Positions 54,488-64,000 of a DNA stretch of 64,000 nucleotides are shown here, piece by piece. The notes under the pieces are model-generated. The model saw only the letters and a program-made list of their open reading frames with translations, was not told where the DNA came from and made no database searches. Made by a program: the position numbers and the translations under genes. The stretch is from positions 19,964,001-20,028,000 of the forward strand of contig OX597841.1 of assembly GCA_951406725.2 (NCBI GenBank), given 5' to 3'. Position 1 is the first letter of the stretch, and every line of letters begins with the position of its first letter. Origin of the DNA: Octopus vulgaris (Eukaryota).

Positions 54488-56101
54488 CAGGGTGTGGTGA
54501 ATAAACTGTTGTCTAAATTACACAAAAATGAAAACACCACAGACATCTCATTTTAACAGATATCATCATCATCATCGTTTAACGTCCGCTTTCCATGCTA
54601 GCATGGGTTGGACGGTTCAACTGGGGTCTGGGGAGCCCGAAGGCTGCACCAGGCCAGTCAGATCTGGCAGTGTTTCTACAGCTGGATGCCCTTCCTAACG
54701 CCAACCACTCCGAGAGTGTAGTGGGTGATTTTATGTGCCACCGACACAGGTGCCAGACGAGGCTGGCGAACGGCCACGATCGGATGGTGTTTGTTACGTG
54801 CCCACAGCACGGAGGCCAGTCGATGCGGTACTGGCTACAGCCACGTTCGGATGGTTATCTTGTGTGCCACCAGCACTGGTAACAAAGATACAAATTCCAT
54901 TGATATTCATCTATTTTGATTTGGTTTTCACTTGCCTCAACAGGTCTTCACAAGTGTCCCAAGAAGGAAGGTATGCACAGGTGGACTGACTACGTCCGAA
55001 GTAGGGGCCACGGGTTATGGCCTCACTAGTCTTGCCGGGTCTTCTCACGCACAGCATACTTCCATAGGTCTCGGTCTCTAGTCATTTCCTTGGTGAGACC
55101 TAAAGTTTGAAGGTCGTGCTTCACCACCTCGTCCCAGGTTTTCCTGGGTCTACCTCTTCCACAGGTTCCCTCAACTGCTAGGGTGTAGCACCTTTGCACA
55201 CAACTATCTTCAGCCATTCTCGTCACATGACCATACCAGCACAGCCGTCTCTCTTGCACACCACAACTGATGCTTCTTAGGTCCAACTTTTCTCTCAAGG
55301 TACTTACTTATTTTAGCAGATATATTTACTAAAATTATATAAAAATATCTTGAAATACTAAAAAGTAAATATATTTAATAAAATCGCCATTGGCTTCAAC
55401 TTCGGCATCCAGACGACTTCGGAATCTCCTGCAACTCTTCAGGATGGTCTCCTTGTTTAAGTTGGTGAATGCTGCTATAATCCTTTCCATCAGTTCATCT
55501 TTGGTGTTACAAGGAGTTCTGTTGGTCTCTCACTCAATTGTGCCCCACACATAACAATCAAGTGTGTTGCAGTCTGGAGAGTTAGTGGCCAGATGTTAGA
55601 GGTGATGTGGTCGCAGAAATTGTCTGACAGCCATGACGGAATTCTCCTGCTTGTGTGGGATGGTGCAGAGTCCTGTTGCCAGACATGGGGTCTTCCAGCC
55701 TCTTGACCCAGAGCAGCACTAACTCCTCCAGGCACTTGATGTAAGCCTCCTTGTTGAGTCTGAAGCCATGTGGAAAGATGAATGGAGGCACAACGTCCCC
55801 ATCACTAGTGATCAGTCCAAACACCATGATGTTGACTGGATGTTTGATTTTTATTATTCTTGGTACATGCTCCTTTTGGTACATGTTCATATTGGAGCTT
55901 CTGCCGCTTCATATTGAAGCTTCCACTGCAAATGCCAAGTAGTGTTCCCAAACTTCTGGCGGAGTGGTTGTGCCATGGTGCCATTTCTTTCACAGACAGT
56001 GCTCAACTGACCCTACTATACTGTGTAGTCAACAAAATCAGAAACAAACAATGTGTGAAGTTAAAAATATATAATGATGACAATTTACCCATCACATCCT
56101 G
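54488..56101 (-). mobile_element. Tc1/mariner-superfamily DNA transposon (internally deleted) with TIRs and TA target site, interrupted by an RTE
   Basis: TIRs CAGGGTGTGGTGAATAAACTGTTGTC / CAGGATGTGATGGGTAAATTGTCATC flanked by TA; KHPVNIMVFGLITSDGDVVPPFIF and WQQDSAPSHTS motifs. Confidence 0.9.
54563..55309 (-). mobile_element. RTE LINE 3' fragment with 13-bp TSD
   Basis: Closely similar to the 621-2341 copy; TSD ATTTTAACAGATA (54550-54562) / ATTTTAGCAGATA (55310-55322). Confidence 0.95.
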
Positions 56102-56109
56102 TATATATA

Positions 56110-56590
56110 TATCAGTGCAAACATACGACAGAATGTAAATGAGTTAAGAGGAAAGCTGGGTGTAAGAGGCCTCAGATACAACATCTGTGCAAGAGAGAAG
56201 ACTGTGCTGATTTGGTCATGTGATGAGGACAGCTGTGTAAAGAAGTGCTGAGCTCTAATTGTGGAGGGAACCTGTGGAAAGGGTAGACCCAGGAAGACAT
56301 AAGACAAAGTAGTGAGAAAGGATCTTCGGATGCTGGGCCTCACTGAGAAAATGACAAGGGACAAGGTGTTGTGATGATTTGCTTTACTTGAGAAGGCGCA
56401 TCAAGCTAAGTAAAATCGCAGTCATCCATACATACAGGCTTGTCCTTCGCAGGGGCTGATGCCACATAGAATGTGCTTGCACCAGTGCTGCATAAATGCA
56501 CCCATGCCAGTAGTATCTAGAAAGCCCCCAGCACACTATGTAAAATGGTTGGCATTAGGAAGGGCATCCAGCCATAGAAAACCATGCTAA
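56110..56590 (+). mobile_element. Old RTE 3' remnant
   Basis: Decayed VEGTCGKGRPRK.. coding segment plus GGTTGGCATTAGGAAGGGCATCCAG tail motif. Confidence 0.8.
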
Positions 56591-57353
56591 CTTAACAGCT
56601 TGGCAAAAAAAGATTGATAGAATAATTACCAAGCTTAGAAAAGAAAATAAGTTCGGAAGTTGACTTGTTTGACAAGAGCTTTCAAAGCAGTGCCCCAGCA
56701 TGGCCACACCCCAATGACTCAAACAAGTAAAAGATAAAAGGAAATTTATACATGAATATAAATTTCACTTTTGTGAGATAATTTTTTTTCTTTTTTCTGA
56801 AATGTAATCCTTTTATTTGTCAAGTATGTTTTAACGTTAACCTAAATGTAAAAGTGTGTTAAGTAAATAATAAGGCACTAAAAGAGAATCACTCTCCCCA
56901 GACACAATAAAAAAAGAATTCCTATTAGTTGACTTAGGTGTAAAATTATTTATACCAAGTCCAGCCAAGAGACTGTTACTATGAAATGTAATATGGTGGT
57001 GGGCAAGGCTGTAACTACATTTACTTAAAATAAACTAGTTTTCATAATTTCACCCTCATGACAAGCATCACATACATGCTATCATATTTGACAAAGTATT
57101 GTACAAAACGTTCACACACACACACACACACACACATGTACAGGTTTCAAATTGCGGCACAAGGCCAGCAATTTCGAGGTGGTGGGTTAAGTTGATTACA
57201 TCAACCCTAGGGCTCAACTGCTATTATTTTATAGACCCGAATGAATGAAAGGTAAAGGTAACCTCGGCTGAATTTGAACTTGGAACATAAAGACAGACGA
57301 AATGTCTCTAAACATTTTGCCCAGCATGTTAACGATTCTGCCAGCTTGCCACC

Positions 57354-57414
<61 letters not shown>

Positions 57415-58159
57415 TAATAATAATTATGGTTTCAAATTTTTGCACAAGGCCAGCAATTTTAGTGGTGGAGGTAAGTTGATTACATGAACCCCAGTCCTCG
57501 ATTGGAAATTATTTTATCAACTCCTGAAAGAGTAAAGGATAAAGTCAACCTCAGAGAACTTAAACTCAGAACGGGAAGATGGGTGAAGTGCCACAAAGCA
57601 TTTTGCCCAGACGGCTAACAATTGTGCCAGATCACTGCCTTATTTTTATTTTATTTTCAAAATATTGTTAACGGGCAGTTACGGAAAATTGAATCCTCTA
57701 CCTCTCAGATACCAGCAAAGTGTTCTGCATCATTAAGCTAAATAGCCCCTCATGCACACACACACACACAGATTGTCAAATGTTATACACCTTAACAATT
57801 GAGCCTTTTGTTTACACAGATATTCTAATATAGATTTGGTGTGGTTTCTTCCACTGGACCTGGGCTAAAACATTCTGGTTTAGTGTATCACATAATACAT
57901 GCACCACCTAATATGTGTGTGTGTGTGTGCATGCGTACATGTGTGTTCATTTGTGTACATATGTGTATGTGAAGGTATGTATGTGAAGGTGTGTTTGTGA
58001 AGGTGTGTATATGTGTGTGCGTTTTGTTCAATAATTTGTAACATTTGTAACATATGGCATAACAATAAATAATTTTCAACAGAATAATCATATACGTCCA
58101 ATGAGAAAGGACATCAAAAAGCCATGCAACATTTTCAGTGTTACATAATAAACACTCAC

Positions 58160-58243
58160 TGCTCCTTTTGAAACAGCTGTAGTACTTGACTCCCTTTCAT
58201 TTACTGACTTAGCTATCACATTGTGAGTAACATTTGTTGATTT
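58160..58243 (-). CDS. Candidate symmetric 84-nt internal exon (KSTNVTHNVIAKSVNERESSTTAVSKGA)
   Basis: Acceptor TTTTATCCTCAAAAG|, strong donor GCA|GTGAGT, open phase 0-0 frame, repeat-free flanks. No homology recognised. Confidence 0.35.
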
Positions 58244-58493
58244 CTTTTGAGGATAAAATATTTTAATGCATTGGTTAATATAAATTTTAGTGATCAATTA
58301 CTGATTCATTTCTTTTCTATATAAGCCTTGTTTATGCTCAATGCTAACCAACTGTTTGTATCATAATCGATTGATTGATCCTATAATATTGTATGTGTAC
58401 ATTCACACACATTCACACATGTATATAAAAGTAATAGAGATGACAACAGAACTAAATAAATATTTATTTCCGTTGTCATCTCCATTACTTTAT

Positions 58494-58679
58494 GTTATGA
58501 ACTTCATTAGCTTACAGCCGTTTCTGCTATGGGATGCAATGCACTCATGGTTCACTGTTTGAGTATTACCCTATAGCTTCATCAGAGCTTCAAACATGAA
58601 GTGCAGATACTCAAACACTCAAATATGAGTGCATTGCATCTTAAAGCAGAAATAGTTGTAAGTCAATGAAGTACATAAC
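58494..58679. other. 186-nt imperfect long hairpin
   Basis: About 56-bp outer stem plus 11-bp and 7-bp inner stems, paired by hand. Confidence 0.85.
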
Positions 58680-59546
58680 TTTAATTGTTTATTTCCTTTG
58701 TCATCTTAATTTCTTATTACTGCGTGGCACTTTGGGTAGGTGTCTTCCACTATAGCTCCGAGCTGACCAAAGCTTTGTGATTGAATTCGGCAGGCGGAAG
58801 TTACTGCCGTGTGTGTATATGTGCGTGTAGGTGCTTGTGCCTCTCCGAAAGAGAGAGAGAGAGGGACTCTGTACTCGACTGACACTCCATACTTAAGTTT
58901 GTACTTTGAGATATACTCTTCCTAAAAAATATTTATTTTATATATACATACATATATATAAACACAGGAGTGGCTGTGTGGTATGTAGCTTGCTTACCAA
59001 CCACATGGTTCCGGGTTCAGTCCACTGCGTGGCACCTTGGGCAAGTGACTTCTATTATTGCCTCGGGCCAACCAAAACCTTGTGAGTGGATTTGGTAGAC
59101 AGAAACTGAAAGAAGCCCATCGTATATATGTATATGTATATATATATATATGTATCTTTGTGTGTCTGTGTTTGTCCCCCCCCCCCCACCAACATCGTTT
59201 GACAACCAATGCTGGCATGTTTACAATATGGCAAAAGAGACCGATAGAATATGTACTAGGCTTACAAAGAATAAGTCCTGGGGTTGATTTGCTCGACTAA
59301 AGGTGGTGCTCCAGCATGGGTGCAGAATTACTGGTACAACTCATTTTTGCCAGCTGAGTGGACAGGAGCAACATGAACTAAAGGGTCTTGCTCAAGGACA
59401 CAATGCGTCATCAGGAATTGAAATCACGACCTTTACGATCATGAGATGAATACCCTAACCACTAAGCCACATGACTTCACAAATTTACAATCACATCATC
59501 AAGATCTCAAGACAACAAGAGGATAAAGAATTAATTGAAAACAATT

Positions 59547-59920
59547 ATCATCATCATCATCATCGTTTAACGTCCGCTTTCCATGCTGTCATGGGTTGAA
59601 CAATTTGACTGAGGACCGGAGAACCAGATGGCTGCACCAGGCTCCAATCTGATCTGGCAGAGTTTCTACAGCTGGATGCCCTTCCTAATGCCAACCACTC
59701 CGAGAGTGTAGTGGGTGCTTTTTACGTGCCACCATCACGAGGACCAGTCAGGCGGCAGTGGCAGCGGCCATGCTCAATGGTTCTTTTTATGTGCCGCCTG
59801 CACAGGAGCCAGTCCAGCAGCACTGGCAACGACCTCGCTCGAATGTTTTTTCACGTGCCACCAGCACAAGTGCCAGTAAGGCGACGCTGGTAATGATCAC
59901 GCTCAAATGGTGCTTTTTAC
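59547..59920 (-). mobile_element. RTE 3'UTR fragment
   Basis: (CAT)n CGTTTAACGTCCGCTTTCCATGC... and GTGCC-NNN-GCAC units. Confidence 0.85.
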
Positions 59921-59989
59921 AATATGAATGAATAAACATGACATTTGACAGAGTAATGTGAATACTGAAGGATTATTTATATTAGAAGA

Positions 59990-60870
59990 CGTGAATGAAC
60001 CGAAAGAACAATAATTCCATTACCTCCTCAATCCTGTGTATAATTGTTCATATTCATATACAATATTTCCTGGGACACCAGTCAAATCTTCCAGACATCC
60101 AAAAATAGTAGGCCAACTTATACATCAAGACTACCTTGGAGGACCGATAGTCCCATGTGGAATGGCACAGGAATTAGAAACATAATGACAATGTTTGAAT
60201 GCTTATGCTACATGTTTACACTTTGTACTATCAACTTGAATGCCAGAAATAAAGCAAATACAGATCTAAATGATTTGCAGTCGACTTCTACTCGAGCCTG
60301 GGGCTGACCAATGCCTTGCGAATGAGTTTTCTCGGGTACCTACCACTGCATGCCATACATGGGTTTATCTCCTGATGTATATCGTGTTTTTAGTTGAAAC
60401 CTTTTATCCATCTTCTGACTTTTCCACACTGGTTTTATCTGTAAACAATTCTTTTGTGCCATGCTTTACTTTTAATATCATATCACACACTTCTGGCAGT
60501 TTCTGGAGAGTTGTATCCTGGTTCATTTCCAGCTTTATGAAAATTTTTGTTCTGACTTCTGTGTCGTTTTTAGCAGTAAGTCTCTGACCAAAAGTCAGGC
60601 ATTTGAATGAGTCTGAAAGTTTATCCAGTTTAAATCTCTCACACTCTCTGTTCACTCTACTTGTATTTGAGGTAAAGTCTTCGCCATCACTTGTCTCAGT
60701 GTTCAAACACTTCCAACGTGTATTGAACAACGATGTTTTTTCACTAAACATCCTACATAAAACATCAACCGTGAAATTTATGTCAGAAACTTTTTTAGGC
60801 CATATAAAGTTACAGTATTTCTCATGCTCTCTCGTTGCCACTTTCCTCAGAATTAGACATGTTTTTCATT
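59990..60870 (-). mobile_element. Decayed Ty3/Gypsy gag(-protease) remnant
   Basis: EHEKYCNFIWPKK..F...LF.EKTSLFNTRWKCLN...VNRECERFKL...FKCL.F...L...D.EVRTK resembles the gag region of invertebrate Gypsy (K02A2.6-like) polyproteins; frameshifted. Confidence 0.8.
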
Positions 60871-61009
60871 TTGCCTCCTCCTCCTCCTCCTCCTCCCATG
60901 CCTTACATGTGTTACTAATCATGCAACTCGACCCCTTCTCATTCCACACACAACTCAATATTGCTGCTGTCTTTCTGGGGCCAATAGAATGGCAATACCA
61001 TCAAATGTT

Positions 61010-61137
61010 CCTCTCTCTCTCTGCATCCCTTTCTCTATTTCCTTGCATCTCTCTCTCTCTGCATCCCTTTCTCTATTTCCTTGCATCTCTCTCTCTCTGC
61101 ATCCCTTTCTCTATTTCCTTGCATCTCTCTCTCTCTT
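61010..61137. repeat. ~38-bp pyrimidine-rich tandem repeat x3
   Basis: Unit (CT)nGCATCCCTTTCTCTATTTCCTTGCAT. Confidence 0.9.
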
Positions 61138-61458
61138 CCCAGCTTCTTCTTCCTTTCACCTTTCCGGGTATCACTAAGTATCCAAGTTTTTTGTAATCGT
61201 TTCTCTTTCATCTTTATCTTGTTTCAGTCATTGGCTTGTGGCCATGCTGGGGCACTACTTTTAATAATTTTAGTCTAACAAATTGCACTCTGTACTAATT
61301 CAGTCAGCAATTTTTCTTCTTTTTCTTTTTTGCCAAACCACTGAATCAAGGGGATATAAACAAACTAACTTTGGTTGTCAAGCAGTAGTGGGTGATAAAC
61401 ACACACATACATATCATGTATATGTATGTATATATATATATTTAAATATGTATACGTA

Positions 61459-61543
<85 letters not shown>

Positions 61544-62174
61544 GTGTAGTCATGGATATATGACAAGAAGCTTGCTTCCCAACCACATGGTTCCGGGTTC
61601 AGTCCCACAGTAGAAGACACTTTGGGCAAGTGTCTTCCGCTATAGCCCTGGGCCAACCAAAGCTTTGTGAGTGGATTTGGTAGATTGAAATTGAAAGAAG
61701 CCTGTTGTGTTTATATTCCAGTAACTTAGCAGTTTGGAAAAAGAGACTGACACAAAGTCCTGGGAACAGTTTCTTCAATTAAAAAATCCTTTAAGGTGGT
61801 GTTCCAGCATGGCCACAGTCAAATGACTGAAATATGTAAATGTATAAAAGAATATACAAATGTGTGTGTGAGTGTGTGTGTGTGTGTATCTATAAATCTT
61901 CCTCGATTATCCTTTGGCAAACAACCTGTAGATGCAAAGCTACCAGTTGAAAACTCCAGATACCATTGGAGCCTTTCTGTCAACAGCATCATGGCACCCC
62001 GGCTCCCCTCACTGAGATGAGGCTCCACTTGATAGATCAATTGGTTACTGGGTTTAGCTCAATATTCTTCTTAGCCATTACTCATTATCTCATGTTAACT
62101 GAATCCAGGGGTTTGCCTTCTCCTCTTCAGCCTCACTATCACTCATGGTGGTATTATGATGAGTTACGCTTAGT

Positions 62175-62505
62175 GGCATGGCTCAGTGGTTAGAGCGTCG
62201 AGCTTACGATCGTGAGGTTGTGAGCTCGAATCCTGGACCGGGCTGCGTGTTGTGTTCTTGAGCAAAGCACTTTATTTCACGTTGCTCCAGTTCACTCAGC
62301 TGTAGAAATGAGTTGCGACGTCACAGGTGCCAAGCTGTATCGGCCCCTTTGCCTTTCCCTTGGATAACACTGGTGGCGTGGAGAGGGGAGGCCGGTATGC
62401 ATGGGCGACTGCTGGTCTTCCATAAACAACCTTGCCCGGACTTGTGTCTAGGAGGGTAACTTTCTAGGTGCAATTCCATGGTCATTCATGACCGAAGGGG
62501 GTCTT
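62175..62505 (+). mobile_element. Young full-length tRNA-derived SINE with perfect 11-bp TSD
   Basis: Box A TGGCTCAGTGG, box B-like GCTCGAATCC, intact CpGs, TSD TTACGCTTAGT at 62164-62174 and 62506-62516. Confidence 0.92.
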
Positions 62506-63435
62506 TTACGCTTAGTAACAACATTCACCTTTCATTGTGTCCAACGAATCCTCTACATTCGACTTCAATTGAAAAATACTCTGCTTTCCAGCCTGTGTCT
62601 TCACATTCCTCAAGGAGGTTTTTATAACAGTTGATCTTTTGAGCCTGAGCAGCATCCAAGTTATCTTCATGAGGAATTGTTAACTTGACTCAATTTACTT
62701 TTCTTTCACACCATATCTCGTTTCTTAGTAACTGGAATGGTGAAAAACCATACATATTTGTGTGTGTGTGTGTGTGTGTGTGAGTGTGTGTGCATGTGAG
62801 TGTGTGTGTGTGTGATGTGTGTGTGTGTGTGTGTGTGTGATGTGTGTGTGTGTGTGTGTGTGTGTGAGTGTGTGTGTGTATGTTTGTGTTTGTGTTTGCC
62901 ACCACTGTTTGACCACTGATGTTGGTTTGTTTACTTCCTTGTAACATAGCAGTTTGGCAAAAGAGACCAATAGAATAAATACCACCACCTCTACCCTCAC
63001 CACCCCCACTGCCATCACCACCACCACAAACACCACTACTACTACTACTAACACTACCATTGCCGCCAGCACCACTGCTGCTGCTACTGTACGTGGTACC
63101 ACCACCACTGCCACAACTACTACTACTACTACTACATGTATCTATTCTGTAGATCCTTCAGAAAGATTGAAAACAAAAGTCAAGTCCTCAGGATTTGAAC
63201 CCAAAAAGCAGTCGATAGTCGATGCTGAATAAATATACTTCTGAAAGTCTTGAGGGTCATTCACCTGTTTTCACATTTTTACTGTGGAATATTACTACTG
63301 ATAGTTGTAGTAGTAGTAGTAGTAGTAGTAGTAGAGATAATAAATACCTGGTATGTGTGGACATGTGTGTGTACATCTATGTATGTGAGCAGATGTGGGT
63401 GCATATATGTATGCAAGTATGTACGTATGCATGTA

Positions 63436-63472
<37 letters not shown>

Positions 63473-63479
63473 TTATGCA

Positions 63480-64000
63480 TGCCTTTCCTTCCTGTTGGAG
63501 GCAAGTGAAGTCAAAATTGAATTAGAAATCGAACCTCATCCGACGACTGGCATCTCTGCCAACCTCCCTTCATTGGACACTAAACTCTGCTTGTGAAGTC
63601 CTGTTGGAGCAAGTGAAATTGGAATTGAAATCGAACCAATCCTATGACTGGCACCCAGCACTTGCCAGGGCCGCTGGACTGACTCCTGTGCAGGTGGCAA
63701 GTAAAGAAACACCGTTTCGACCCTGTGCTTGAAGAGACCTATTGAGTCAAGTACACCAACATCAAAAATCAATGGAAGTTGTAGTTGTGATCCCTGTGCC
63801 AGTGGCACATAAAAAACACCATTCAAACGTGGCCGTTGCCAGCCTCGCCTGGCACATAAATAGCCCCCACTACATTCACAGAGTGGTTGGTGTTAGGAAG
63901 GGCATCCAGCTGTAAAAACACTGCCAGATCAGACTGGAGCCTGGTGCAGCCTTCTGGCTTCCCAGATCCCCGGTCGAACCGTCCAACCCATGCTAGCATG
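63480..64000 (+). mobile_element. RTE 3'UTR fragment running off the window
   Basis: Matches the 3'UTRs of the 18.2 and 28.7 kb RTE copies. Confidence 0.9.

Noticed and set aside
62175-62250. tRNA-like sequence
   Set aside because: It is the head of a SINE with body, tail and TSD; no proper acceptor stem.

Overview
Eukaryotic, AT-rich, repeat-saturated genomic DNA. The repeat content (RTE LINEs with (GAT)n tails, CR1-like LINEs, abundant tRNA-derived SINEs, very long TA/CATA/TATC microsatellites) resembles an octopus/coleoid cephalopod genome; this is an inference. Nearly all ORFs in the track are microsatellite or transposon artefacts. One host coding exon is well supported: the first exon (36932-37133, minus strand) of a probable mitochondrial acetyl-CoA hydrolase / 4-hydroxybutyrate CoA-transferase family gene, for which I found no further exons. 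Two weaker minus-strand exon candidates lie at 53.1 and 58.2 kb. The most notable signal is a set of minimal type I hammerhead ribozyme motifs. Two look intact (47651-47701 and 49243-49280, plus strand) and several are variant or decayed (3.1, 31.8, 47.5, 48.5 kb; weakly 32.6 and 33.7 kb). Most sit about 40-120 nt upstream of a (TA)n run in short non-coding elements that resemble Penelope-like pLTR or retrozyme remnants, and four cluster within 1.8 kb. Four other TA-flanked elements carry long fold-back arms. All coordinates were read by eye; boundaries of decayed repeats are approximate.
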